Shown in pieces: positions 14,505 through 28,293 of a DNA stretch of 64,000 nucleotides. The position numbers were made by a program, and so were the translations under genes. Below the pieces are notes generated by a model. That model was not told the origin of the DNA. It did no database searches and saw only the letters and a list, made by a program, of their open reading frames with translations. The stretch is from assembly GCA_023213395.1 (NCBI GenBank), contig CM041465.1:73291741-73355740 (forward strand). The letters run 5' to 3'. Each line of letters begins with the position of its first letter. The first letter of the stretch is position 1. This DNA is from Cycas panzhihuaensis. Its lineage: Eukaryota; Plantae; Cycadophyta.

Positions 14505-17500
14505 TATTAGAAACACTAAATAAGCAGATTGTTAGTGTATACAACAAGCAAAGGAACAAGTACATAGTATAAAGATATATGTGGGAAATCTAGCAGTTAA
14601 AACCCGCCATTGAACATGGATTACATTAATACAAAATGTGCAAATTACAAATGGACTTCAAATCTCTATTTATAGATCTGTAAGTGCCTCAATATCTAAA
14701 TATTAATTACATCCATTAGCCCAAATATTAAATATAAAGTTTACACAAACTATTATTCTATAATTACATTAATTAGGTAACACCGTTTCTAACATCCCCT
14801 CTTAATGTAAATGTGGGGTCTTCAAGTCTTTCCATCGGTCAATCTAACCTTTCTCTTTATTCTTAGAGATAGATCCTCCCTTAAGCATAAGATTACTAAG
14901 ACCCAAGCTTGCATAAATCTTGATGAAGTATTCTTTAGTAAGAGCTTTGATAAACACGTCTGTAAATTGATCTTTACTTAGACAAAGCTCGACATATATC
15001 TTCCCTGATCTGATTAATGCATGGATGTAATATTGTAAAATTTTGATGTGCTTTGTATATGCATGAAACTTTGGATTCTTTAAAGTCGAATAGCACTCTG
15101 ATTATCAATGTGAATAATAGGTGTACTAATTGATGCTCCAAGGCTCTCTAGAAGTCCTTACAACCATACAACTTCCCTTGTACTAACATTTAATCCTTGA
15201 TACTTAGCCTCTATAGAAGACAAAGCCATGATGGATTACTTTTTAGATTACCATAAGACAAACCTATTGCCAATACCAAAAATGTAACCTGTAATCGATT
15301 TTCGATCTTCTGCATCTCTATCCCAATAAGCATCTGTATACCCATGCAAATTTACCTCTCCACCATGAAGGTATTCAAGGCCAAGATTAAGTGTACCCTT
15401 AATATACTTCAAAATCGTCTTTGTTCTACCAAAATGTGGCTCTTGGGGATTTTGCATATAATAAGATACCAATCTAATAACATAAGAAATATCAAGCCTA
15501 GTATAAGTTAAGTAAATCAAAGTTTCTACCAATTGCCAATATAATATTCCATCTACAATTGTCTTATCCATGTTCTTCCAAAGCTTTATACCTTTCACAT
15601 ATAGTATCTTTGCCAGTTTACAATCCTTTATACCAAATCTCTCGAATAGGGATTGGACATACCCCAATTTTAACATCATGATATAAGTATCCATATGCCT
15701 AATCTCAATGCCCAAAAAGTAATGAAAACATCCAAGATTTGTCATATCAAAAGTATGACCCAAATTGGCCTTGGTAGATGTAATAGTATTGTTATAATTA
15801 CCTATAATGATAAGATCATCAATATACAAGACAACAACAACTATTGTAGATCCACTCTTTCAAATATAAAGACTTGGTTCTAATTTTATTGTCACAAAAC
15901 CATCTTCCTTCAATCTAGCATCAATATTTTCATATCAAGGATATGGTCCTTATTTTAGGTCATAAATGGATTTCTTCAAGTGGCACACTAAATTCTCCTA
16001 ATCTTCCTTCATAAAACCAAGAGGTTAGGCCATGTAAATCTCCTCTTTCAAGTCTTCACTTAGGAATGCAGACTTTATGTCAATTTGATGTAATTTCCAA
16101 TCAAATATAGTTGTCAAAGCAAGGATTAATCAGACTATTAGCATCTTAGAGACTGGCGCAAAAGTCTCCTCATAATCAATTCCTTCTTTCTATTTGAAAC
16201 CCTGCACAACAAGTCTTGCCTTATGCTTATTTACTTCTCTATTAGAGAAATACTTTATCTTGTAGACCCACTTACAACTGACTAGGTTCTTAGAGGGAAA
16301 TAAGGGAATCAAATCCTATGTATCATTCCTCATAAGTGAACCATATTCCTCCTCCATTGTAGATCTTCTTTCGCCTCCTTAAATGAAATGGGATTGTTGG
16401 AATCATTGGTGTCCATCACTAAACCCTGATTAGCATGTTGACTTTTCATTCTTCGACTATCCTCTAGATCCTCAACTGTCACACATGAGTCTTCGATGGT
16501 TCTCCTTACTAATAGTGGAACATGAGGTGTAGACCATACTTCTTCTTGCAATGACTCCTTAATATTACTTTCACCAGGTCTTGCTTCTATCTCAACCTAA
16601 ATGCTAGGCTCATGTACGTCTATATTTGTTGAATTATAGCTTGAAAATGGTAGAAGTGAAGGATAAAATGTATCTTCAGATGACCTATCAACATGATACA
16701 TTATAGACTCATCAAACTTAACATCCTGATTAATTAAAATTTTATTTCCTTATGAATCCCAATGTTTGTAAGCCTTACTCTCTTGAGAGTACCCCACAAA
16801 GATGCACTTCAAAGACTTGCAATCCAACTTCTTTTGATTTTCATCTAGGATGTATGCATAAGAAATGCATCCAAATACCTTAAAATAGTTAATGGAAGGT
16901 TTCTAACTAGTCCAACATTCTTCAAGGGTTATGCCATGAATAACCTTAGTAAGGATCCTATTCAAAATGTAAATGGTTCACTATAGCTTTTGCCCAAAAC
17001 TTGGGAGATAAATTCTTACCATGTACGATGCATGTCGCCATCTCCATCATGATATGGTTCTTCCTTTCGGTTATACCATTTTGTTGTGGGGTCTACAGGA
17101 CAATCAACTCCTGTTTGATACCATGAGTAAGGAAAATTTGATTTAGGGCATTATTATTACACTCTTTTACATTATTACTTCTTAAAATATTTATTTTCAT
17201 ACCACATCTATTCTCAACACAAGCTTTCCATTCACAAAATCTATCAAATACATTAAACTTATTCTTAAAAAAGAATACCTAGGTTTTTCTTCTGAATTCA
17301 TCTACAAACACAAGCACATAACGAGTTTCTAAAATGGAAGGATTGGGTAATGGACCTATCAAATCTGTATAGATAAGCTCCAACTTCTCTTTTGCCCTCT
17401 ATACACTATCTTTAGCAAAAGGATAATGATGGTGTTTTCCACATACACATCCCTCACAAGTACCATTTGAGCATTGAATATGAGGTAATCCTATCACCAT

Positions 17501-20500
17501 CTTCAATCTATTCATAAGGTCGATGCTCCCATAGTTAAGATGAACCATCCTTTCATGCCATAACTTACTCATATCATCAACACTAGCAACAAAAGTACAA
17601 GAATTATGTTGGGCTTTAAAATTCTTAAACACTCAAATATTATCTTACACTCTCCCAGTAGCAACAATAGAGTAGTTTTTCTTTGGATCCTTAACTAGGC
17701 ATCTATGATTATAGAGCTCAATTTTTATACCTTACTTGCAGATTTCCCAGGTTGAGTGAAGATTTGGCTTCATCTAGGGCACATAATAAACACCATTGAA
17801 CTTTCCAACTGCAAGTGAGACAGTTATAACACTTTCTATAGGCAAAACAAAAGCATCTCCAAGAATCATGTTAACATCACTTGAACCTGCATCCATAGAA
17901 TCAAAGTTTTTCTTTTGATAGGTGATGTGTTTTTTAGCATCTAAATCTAAGATCCAATAGTCTTTCTTTGTCTTATATGACATTGTTAAAACTCTAATAC
18001 AATGTGCAACTACTCTCTTCCCCTTATCATCTTAGTTTTCCTTGCACTTATCCTATCTCTTGTACTAATAGTTCCTTTTCCTATGGCCATCTTTCTTACA
18101 GTAATTATATTTACCCATGACCTTTTTCTTCTCTTGAGAGGTCTCACCTATTTTCTGTGTAGACTTGCCTTTTTGAACCATATTCTTTCTTTGTGTCTTT
18201 ATGACTAAAGCCTAGTTTGTAGTAGATCCAATAAGCATCCCATAATGCTTCAATTTGGTATCTTCAGCTAAGATTAGATTTTTTAAGGATTCAAAAGATT
18301 CACCTTCCATAACTTCATCACTACTATAAACATTTTGAAAGGTTGCAAATGTAGCTTGCAACTTAGACATAATAATGGCAAACAACGAAGCATTATCTAG
18401 AGTTTGATTTCAGCTCATCCAATCTATTCCTCAAATCAGTAATCTTATTTAAGAAAGCACTAATGTTGTTCTCATAATATACTTTTACATTCAATAATTC
18501 CATCATGAGAGCAACATGATGATTTATCTTCTTCTTCTCAAAGGTATCACATAGTTTGGTCCAAATCTCATGTGGGGTTTTAAGGTTGTGTACTAAAGCT
18601 CTTTGATTAGGGACCAAAGATAACTTGATAAACCATACAACTATGAATTACCTTTCCTAAACACAAACTAGTTCTTTTCATCTAAGGGAATACTCATCAA
18701 AGGAGATTTGATGATCCTCCAAAGCTAGTTCACTATAAGAAGAAGTTCCATATTTGCCTTCCACTCATTGAAATTATTTCCATTAAAGGTAACTAACGGG
18801 GCCAACTTTTCCATGGATTAATAGATCAACACACAAGAAGCTCAACATTAACTTTTGACCAAAAAATTCTCTTAAATAGTAGATTCTTCAATCAATCAAC
18901 TTGTAATGGAAAAGTAAAGATCCAATTAATAAAATAAAGCTAAAGAACTGTGGAAAAGAACCACTTTAGACATGGAAGACCTCAAGTCTAATTATAACAA
19001 AACAACACTCTTCTAAATCAATGTACACCAAGTATTGAATGTCTATATTATCACCCAATTGACACCTTATGAAACAATCATCAAATAGCCTCTTTATCGA
19101 TGAATAATGCACAAATAAACCATAGTATACATAAGCCAATGTGTCGTAGCTTGGTAGTGCATAGTTGCAGGGTGAGCTATAGGGTACAGTAATCATGTGA
19201 AAACCTCTTGATTAGTTTAGTTATTTGCTTGCTGGCACTTGGTGATGCTTAGAGTCATGGAGAGAGCAAGTGTGGTCCTATTACCAATTGGATTAGACAT
19301 TTGAGTAGAGAATTTGAGCTATATTAACCTTGAAGACATCATGTGTCAAGCCTTGTGACCCATTTCAAACATATTTCTCTCATTTTTTGTTGTCCCCCTT
19401 GCCCTGTTATACTCCAATAGTTGTAATTGTTATAAATTACATCTCCTGCTATTATATTTATATTATGCACTTAGCTCAGTGTTTATTCTTGGCCTACACA
19501 AATATATAAGCCTTTGTTTGCTTTAAATAAAATGAATGTCTTGTAGGCAGCCATATTTCCCTCTGTATTTGTCCATTACCATCAAATCTAAGGGTTTTTT
19601 ACTACCCACTATTGTATTTTATCACCCTCTATTATCTGCATTTCTATGGAATCCCTCTAGAGTCTATTTCTAGGGAGTATACTGCATTGCAACTGTGTTT
19701 CTTTTCCATAAGCCTTAATATATGCTGCAACCCTAAATTTATTTATGTATTGGTAAATATATTGGAGTTGTATATTCTTTCTACGAATTGTGTGCACTTA
19801 TGTAATGGTATAATGCCTTGATAAAGCTGCTTATGCTTTCGCGTAATGATATAATACTCTGAGAGAGCCATTTATGATGTGCACATCTGTAATCATGTTT
19901 GGAGTAGAATATATATGTTTGCCAGCGATAATACATTTGCGCAATCCTCAATATATCAAATGCAACATTAATAGAATGCAAGCAGTGTTAATATATTTAC
20001 AAATAACTATAAATATATTTATGCAGCTACCATTTGTGCGTATGCAACTTCTATGGTTTCATAGTTGTTGCAACCATTTTGAAATTCACATACAATATAC
20101 CTTTACACGACCTATTTATATTTATCTCAACTGTTATTTTTTCTTATGTTTTAATTTTGAAGATCGTCTTTTTAATAAAGTTGTGATTTTATAAACATAA
20201 GCTTCACCCTTAATTTTTTGATATTATTTGGTTTGATTAAAGGTTATAAAGTTACCTTTAATATATCAATGAATCAATTATTTTTTTTTATATGTGGTTT
20301 ATCAACCTTATATATCTAAGGTTTTTGAAGTGATTGTATATTCAGGTAGGAATGCTTTGATACCATGTTAGAATTATTGAATAATCATATCATTTGTGTA
20401 CACAATAAGCAAAGGAATAAGTACGTAGCAAAAAGATATATGTAGGAACTTGGTGGTTAAAACCCACCCCCAAACATGGATTACATTGATACAGAATATG

Positions 20501-20654
20501 CAAATTACAAATGGACTTTGAATCTCTATTTACAGATCCATAATTACCTCAATATCCAAATATTAATAACATTTATCATCCCAAATATTAAATATAAGGT
20601 CCGCATAAACTATTATTCCATAATTACATTAGTTGGGTAATGCCTTTTTTAACA
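14505..20654 (-). mobile_element. Ty1/Copia element D, full-length but decayed, nested in B
   Basis: LTRs at 14505-14794 and 20366-20654 (~290 bp), PBS gctttgatacca at 20354-20365, PPT after 14794, TSD GAATA/GAATG. The flanks rejoin to match the uninterrupted sister of B at ~40860-40960. Confidence 0.9.
14880..18814 (-). pseudogene. Copia gag-pol remnant of element D
   Basis: gag (18393-18617), protease (DYWILDLDAKKHIT), GAG-pre-integrase (KLWHERMVHLNY...CEGCVCGKHH) and RT/RNase H (MYIDDLII...GYTDAYWDRDAEDRKSITGY). Confidence 0.9.
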
Positions 20655-22269
20655 GAATGTACTAATCATGAGATATTAGAGGCAAGGTTTTAACTTTTCT
20701 CAGGCCTCTCCAATAAAGATTTTTAAGTAATTTTTAAAGTATTAAGTGGATTAAAAATAAACTACTTATTAAAGATGATGATGCTACCTTACAACTTGCT
20801 TAAAAACCTAATATAAAATGCTTCTAAATAGAGTTTCTTGAGTGCTTAAAAGAACACTTTAAGTGTAACAAGAAAATGACTAAAAACTTAAAAATAGTAC
20901 AAGTGCCAAATGAGGGGATATTCCTTTCTTGTAATGCTTCAGTAGGTTCCTTCTTTAGGTGTAAAATCAACTATTTAATGCATAATTTAATCATTTGTAC
21001 CATGTCATACACCACCACGAAGATGTTAAGACTTAAAAATAGTCCTAATGTGCACAAAAAAAGTGATTTTTAGCCCTTTTTATGACTAAGATTAAGAGGA
21101 TACCTCATAGAGAGCCTTAAAATCACTTGTACAATGTGAAGTTCTTATGAAAATATATAAAAATAAGTCAAATCATTAATTTTTAAGTCAAAGAACACAC
21201 ACATAAATTTTTTTAAGCGTTAATTAAATTCAAAGGGAAAGAAAAAACATAACAAAAAAATAAAGTGATTTGCTTTGAAACTAATGAAATAACATAGAAA
21301 TCACTTTTAAAAAATGAAACTATAAAAAAGTGACATCGATTAAAATAGAAATATTCTTTGGATATACTAAAGTTTATAACCTAAAGTTGTGTTTATAATA
21401 TTAGGAAAATGAAATATCTTTCAAAAAGGTCAAACCTATGGTAGCGCAACAAGTGGAAATCCAAATAGACAGTCGAGAATAACAATCGAAAGAGGTGACG
21501 AATCCTTGGAATGCCAATTGAATGATGATCCTCAATAGGAGACGATGATTCTGGAGTAGTTTGAGATAATTTGATGGAGAAACAAGAAAACATGAATCAT
21601 TCTTGTCTTTTGAAGGGTGCATGGACAACATGATGAAAACACTCTTACAGAGTTAAATTTCTCACTTAAAATTACTGTGGCTAAGGCAAGACGCATGTAG
21701 TGAGCCTTAGAAAATGATCTAGTAAGTCTAGAGACTGAGATAAGCTTCTCCACCTTTTTTTCTTTAGTAAATCTACCTAGCATTATAAGGAACTGCCTAA
21801 CTTTAGGTATAAACAAGGTAGAGTAAATTTTGATGCTAGTAGAGGGTAAGTCGACTCTGTGGAGTGAATCTTCTCAAAATTATCCTTATGAATATGAAGG
21901 AAGGAGAGTTGAAAGAATAAACAAAGCACTTTTATTAACCTTGGAGGCCAATATTATAGAACAACTTGCATAATGGACACCAAAACAACATCAAAGGAGT
22001 ACCAAAGTACTTTCTCTTAAGAAAAGGAAATAATAATCAGTACCAATTACAGGTAATCTCTAACCCTATAATAGACAAAAGAGAGTCTCTCTTTAATAAT
22101 CCTATTGGCAACCCTAACGACCTTACATATCATTGAAGGGCTTAGTGGCCCATGCACAAAACTTAATAATTAATATCAACACTTAACCCTTAATAGTTTC
22201 TCCATATTAGTGACTTTTCTACTTAAGAAGATGGGGTTAAGTTATAGGTCCCCTGCTCTAAGATATTAA

Positions 22270-25200
22270 ACCCCCAAAATATTAGCGATGAGGGTGCTAC
22301 TAGATAAACTCTTTAGATTTTTAGGTTGCTTCATCTGCATCACAATTGACCCACTATACTAGATGTTAAAAAATGGTGTGATTCCAAAGGTAGTGCTAAC
22401 GACTGGTGAGAATTTGGTTTTGTAAGACTGTGATGTGTTGTTCATTGTTGAGAATGGGTAGGGTGGTGTGGAGAGTAACTTTTCTACCCAGGAATTTTTT
22501 TTAGGCAAGAAACATGGAAAAGATTATGAATATTAGTATCTAGGGAAGGTCAAGGGCATAAACAATATCACCAATCTTTTTGAGCACTTTATATAGACCA
22601 TAATAACATGGGCTTAACTTATGGCCTTAATGGGACATGAGGGATTATTGTTTAGGTGGTTGGAGATTGAGGGACATGAGATCTCTAATGTTAAAAGATT
22701 GATTAGATTAATGGCAGTTGACAAGTTGCTTCATGTGATTACATGTAATAGGCAGGTTTTACCTAAGGGTATAAATGATTTGGTTCATCTCTTGAAGCTT
22801 TTGTTGGGATAAGATAGTCTAAAGATTAGTCACCAAGGTATGGTGTGAAGGGAGGTGATAACCATATAAGGTCAAAAATAAGGACATACTAATGGTTGAG
22901 TGGTGTGATGAGTTGTATTAATATTCTACTAGGGATAGCCAAAGGTCCACTTAGCTTAATGTTCTAAGGTAAAATAATAGATGTACATTTCAAAAGTTTT
23001 ATTTCAGACCTCAGATTGACCATCTATTTGAGGATGGTAAGTAGAATCCATGTTGAATAAGGTTCCTATGTCTTTAAAGTGTTCTTATAAAAAAGAGCTA
23101 GGGAACATGGGGTTATGATCATAAATGATGATTGAGGAAAATCCATGAAAGCAAAAAAAAAAAAAAAGGACATACATGTTAGTAAGATAAGAAGATGTAT
23201 ACGAGGTGTGAATTGGGAGGAAATGTGAATACTTGGGTTAATCTATCAATGACTATATAAATAGAGTCAAAACCAATGAATGTAGGCAAGCCATTAATAA
23301 AATCCATCGGAATATCTTGCCATTTATCTTACAAAATATATACTAGTTGGAGAAGACTTGATAGAGTTTTGGTATCCACCTTATTTCACTAGCAAGTGTC
23401 ACACTCTGATACAAATGTAAAGATGGTAGATTTTATGTCAGGCCAAAAGAAATATGCATGAATACGTCAATAGGTTTTATCAAAATTTGAGTGGCCCCCT
23501 AAGGAAATGAAGTGGTACTCTATTAAAATATAAGAGATGAATGAGGAGGATGGGTGTATAAAGATGCAATTTCTAAATAACAAATAGTTGTTGTGGGATG
23601 ACTAGCCTTTACGGGTGAGAGATTTTTCACTCTAGTAGGTATAATCAGGCTGAGCTTGATTTACGACATGCAATTCATCAAGCCAAATAGGGTGGGGCCT
23701 TGATATAATATAAATATTAGGGGTTGGAGGTACTAGAATTAGGGTGTAGGCGAGAAAGGATATCTAGAATCACACCATCTTTGTCTTTCTTATAAGAGAT
23801 TATAAAGTTAAAGACCTACATGTAATCGATCTATTTAGCCCATTCTTCGAATAGAACTGATTGATCCAATAGGCTATGGAGGCTTCGATGGTCTATGAGG
23901 AAAATAAATTTTGATCCCAAGAGATATTAACACCACTTATCCACAGCATGTAGGATGGCTCTTATTTTCTTTTAGTATATATAAATTTAGAGTTCATGAT
24001 CTTTTAGTTTTCGACTTTCAAATGTGATGGGATGGGAGTATTGCATAAGAACAGCACCTAGGCCAAATCCTAATGTGTCATATTCAACCTAGAATAGTTA
24101 GGTAAAATCAAGAGTGACGAGGACTAGGGTATAGGTCATGACTATCTTGAGATGGGACAAGGTAACTTTGGCCTTTAAAAACCATTAAAAGGAGTCTTTG
24201 TAGAGTAAGTTGGTTAGTGAAGTTGAGAGGGAGGCATAGTTTTGTATAAAACAATGATAGAACCCTGTAAAACTAAGGAAAGCTCATAGTTATGTGAGAT
24301 TAGTTAGTGTTGGCCAAGTAGTAATGACTGATATTTTATATAGGTCTACTCATACCCCTTCGGAAGATATGATGTATATCAAATATTGGAGTTCTATTTT
24401 TCCAAACTCATACTTAGAAAGTTTTGGATATTTGGAGATTGATCTCAAAATAGAAAATGTGATAGTCTAACCAAGAACTATAGATAAGGTATCATCAAAG
24501 AAGATGATAATAAGTTTTTAGAGGTAGGGCCCAAAGATCATATTCATGAGTGCTTAGAATGTGGCAGGTGCATTACAAAGGCTGAAAGGCATTACACAGA
24601 ACTCAAAGTGGCCATGATGTATTCTAAAAGTTATTTTATTGCAGTCCTTTAGAGTAATCAATATTTGATAATATCCAAACTGTAAATCTAGCTTAGAGAA
24701 GATTGAGGCTCCATGGATTTCATCTAATATATTATATATCCTTAAAGTGGGGAAGTTTATTTTTATAGTAACCTTATTAAATTCCCTCTAATCCACTCAA
24801 AGAAAAAAAAAAGCCATATTTCTTCCTAACCAAGACTATTGGGGCCACATATAGGCTTTTGTTAGGTCAAATTATTTCTATATCTATCAATTTAATAATG
24901 ATTTTCTTGATTTTATTTTTTAGGAAGTAGGAATTTCTATATGGACAAAGGCTAATGGAGTTGTGATTTAATTAGAGATCAATAGTATGGAAAAAACCAT
25001 GGTTAGGTGGAGTAGTGGTAAGAAGGAGACCAAATACTTTCTCATATTTAGTAATGATATGATGGATGCATAAGTGGATTTGAAGGTTAACTTGAATGTT
25101 ATTAAGGTAAATGATATAAACCATAGAGTTTATGTGTTTAACCCATTTGGTCCTTGAACAATATGAAAGGATTGGTCAAGGAGTTATTTGTGTAATAGGT

Positions 25201-26520
25201 CCTTAAGGTTTGCAATCATTGAATTCCCAATATAGCATCAAATACTCGTATTAATAGTGCATAGAAGTCTAAGGTTAGGAGGTAGGTGCCAATTTGGATG
25301 TGTAGGATTTTTATAACACCAACATAGTAAAGCTTTTGGTACCCTAGTAGGGAGTAGGTGAAGTCAGTCTTTGGGATAATGTAAAGGTTTAGCTGTTGGG
25401 CCAATTAAATGTCAATAAAGTTTAGGGATGTGCCATCATTGATTAGGATTAACATTGGAGTTTTGCGAAGGATGCCCTTGACTTATAAGTATTCAGGATA
25501 AGAGGAGGAGGCTACAAGTCAGAGGAATACTTTAGGTTGAGGCTTAGGAGTAAGATCTTCTAGGAAGTCATTATCAACTTCATGCTCTAAATAAAAATTT
25601 GAATGTTCATTTGGAAATAGGATGGGATTGATAGAAAAGACCATACACCTTGGTTTACAAATACAACCATGCCCATCAATCCACTTTTCTAAGCACTAAA
25701 CATAGAGGCTGACCTCTATTTAACATTGCTCTTCTACTTGTGATATTTGGACTCTTTCTAATGAGGATTCTTTAGCATATTAATCTATTATAGGGCAAAC
25801 TACATCATCAAGTCATGGTCAGGGACATTAGAAATCTATCTATGGTCGAGCTATATCATCAAACTAGGGTTGAGGCCATTGGAAGTTTGACTAATGGGGT
25901 TATGAGAACCATGGATTGTCCCGTCGAGTAGATAAGGGTCATTTATCCATAAATTTTGCCTCTACTGCTTGAGCCATTTTGATAACTTCCTCAAGAGAGT
26001 TGATGGACAACATCTTGAGGTGCATCTGAATACAGTCTTGGAGACTTGCCACATAAATATCTATTAAGGTTTACTTATCTAGGCCTTAACTTTTAGGGGA
26101 TTGATTGTATAGTACTTGGAATTCATCTGTGAAGACCTCTACTGTTGATATTTGTTTGAGCTATGTCAACTAAGTAAAGAATGATTGGCTCCAAGTGTCT
26201 TCATATTACTCAAAGAAATAATTTATGAAGTGTGACCATGTCTGATTCAAAGGGTATTCTTTTTTATACTAATTGAACTAATGATGAGATTTTCCATCTA
26301 TGTGGATGGAGGCATATAGTAGTTGGTCTTCTTCAACCATGAGGTTAAGAGTGAAATAAGATTCCAATTTATTGATCCAACTGCGAATGCACTCTTTATT
26401 CAAATCATGATCAAAAGTTAGGATGTTGATTTTATGGTGGAGCAACTCTTGCCTGTGTGGATGGCCTCCCTATGATGTATTACATCCATGTGGAAGCTAA
26501 GGAGGAGGAGAGTAAGCCAT
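22270..26520 (-). pseudogene. Chromovirus gag-PR-RT-RH-INT-chromodomain remnant
   Basis: Protease (LDFYALLIRVFDAILGIQ), RT FFDD at ~24490-24502, GPY/F-like LSPCYYGLYKV at ~22586-22620, and chromodomain-like HLV*WVNCDADEAT* at ~22321-22365. Confidence 0.8.
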
Positions 26521-28052
26521 CATATTCAATATTCCTATACTGTTGGAATTGGACTAATTTATTTGAGTGACTAGTTCTGAGAAATTTACCTTTAAAGGAA
26601 GGTTGGCTAATTCAACTTTCATCTCTTATCAGAAAGCTTTAAGCTTAGTTTCTAGTGAAGAGATCCTTTCTCTTTGTGATTATGCCATCAAAAATATAGA
26701 ATAGGCTTTAAAGAAGTAGGACTTAGTAGAAAAAAGGGGAAATGCATGAAATAGGAAATAACAAGAAAGAACAAATTTTAAAGAAATAGGGAATGCCTTA
26801 AGAAAAAAATAGGATACAAAAGGGATAAAAGGAGAAGGGACTTGAGGTGTTTATAGCTTGTTGACCTCAAAATTTAAGGAACAAAATCACCTAATGCACT
26901 TAGACGAACGTGAAGAGGTCATCAAAATAGGATATGTGAGTTATCGGGGTAAACTTTAGTAGTAAGGCCCACGTGCAGACTATAAAAATTGACTCAGTGT
27001 AACTTGATTATTGTAATGTGATGATCGAAATAAAATGTATGAATTTTAACCATAATATTTTTGGCTATGAACTTTTTAAATTTTTTTTTGTAGTGAGTTC
27101 AATAGCTCATATCATTTTTTATTCTAATAAGGATTGATGAAGTTATGGCCTTCTCTTTGTAGGTCTATATTTTCAGTGATAGATGTACAATAACAATTCA
27201 ACAGACTTAGTTTCTCTATGCAAGTAGGACTTCAAAGTAGAGGAGACCTATCAGACTCTAATACTAGGAGTTCTTAGCTATATAGGCCTTACGATAATTT
27301 TCTCTATCGTTATTGTAGCTTGACCCAATATATTAGGGCACTACCTATAGAAGAAAGATCATTTCTGTAAGATCTATAACTATGTAGAAGTGTTCGTGTA
27401 GGGTAGCTTCTAGCTACTAACTACTGGCCTGTGCAACACAAAAGGCAAATAACCAAAGGTTTGCCCATTCTAAGATGGGTAGGGAGCCTATCAGGGTCCT
27501 CATATATACCTGAGGGTACGTAGAGGCTTGATTCTATAAGGGAGTTTTGTCTAAACCTTGGTTCAATAAACTTAACTAAAGTCCTTCATGCAAGGGCAGA
27601 AAAGCCATAATATTCTTAGCTTAGAGTAATAGATCCTCATGATATTTATAAACCTCTAGTACAAGGTCTCTACCTAACTAATTTAGGCAGTTACCAAGCA
27701 AAGTTATCTACCCAAAAGAGGGAGGGAGGGAGCAAAAAATGGTAGATACTAAGCAGCATAATCTATCGTTGAACAAAAAATTAAAATGACTGAAAGCTGA
27801 AACTAAAAAAATATATATATATAGTACAAGAGAAGGGTTATGAGTGTAACTAAAGAAAAAAAAACAATTCCCTCTTTTTCAACTTCTGAATACCTCAATA
27901 GGGTTATAAAACCTTGTTCTGATACTATTTGGAGTGTATCTTCCTAAAATCATCCTTGTGAGTTTGAAGGAGAAAGAGTTGAAAGATGAAACAAAGCACT
28001 TTTATTAACTCTGGAATCCAATATTATAGAATATGTAACAAACCGTTACACC

Positions 28053-28056
28053 AAAA
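28053..28056 (-). terminator. Candidate Pol III T4 terminator in the 3' LTR of the TRIM
   Basis: TTTT occurs once per LTR; the internal domain has no run of three or more T on the minus strand. Confidence 0.4.
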
Positions 28057-28094
28057 CCCCGAGGTGTTAGTGAAGACCACCCAAGTGTGTAACA

Positions 28095-28108
28095 ATACCT
28101 CCCCCACA
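28095..28108 (-). promoter_or_regulatory. Polypurine tract of the TRIM
   Basis: Minus strand GTGGGGGAGGTAT immediately before the 3' LTR. Confidence 0.85.
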
Positions 28109-28238
28109 TGGCATCGACGTCCCGACGACCCACACTTGGTGACCCACACTCGATAATTTCGCGCCCCATCGGGCCCTGGACGAAGACTACTATGCCGGCG
28201 TTCTATCGAGGTCGTCCCCTCCAAGGTCGTCCCCTCCG

Positions 28239-28293
28239 GGACTCGAACCCGTGACCTTGGCTCTGATACCACTTGTAACAAACCGTTACACCA
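28239..28293 (-). promoter_or_regulatory. Putative RNA polymerase III type-2 promoter (A box 28283-28293, B box 28239-28249)
   Basis: A box TGGTGTAACGG and B box GGTTCGAGTCC are separated by 33 nt, as in tRNA genes. The B box is preceded by AGGTC (tRNA variable-loop-like) and sits in a CGGG/CCCG stem. Confidence 0.75.
28258..28271 (-). promoter_or_regulatory. PBS complementary to the 3' end of plant initiator tRNA-Met
   Basis: TGGTATCAGAGCCA, 2 nt downstream of the 5' LTR end. Confidence 0.95.

Noticed and set aside
28034-28094. Cassandra-type 5S rRNA sequence in the LTR
   Set aside because: No recognisable 5S A/IE/C-box sequence, and the LTR is only 61 bp.
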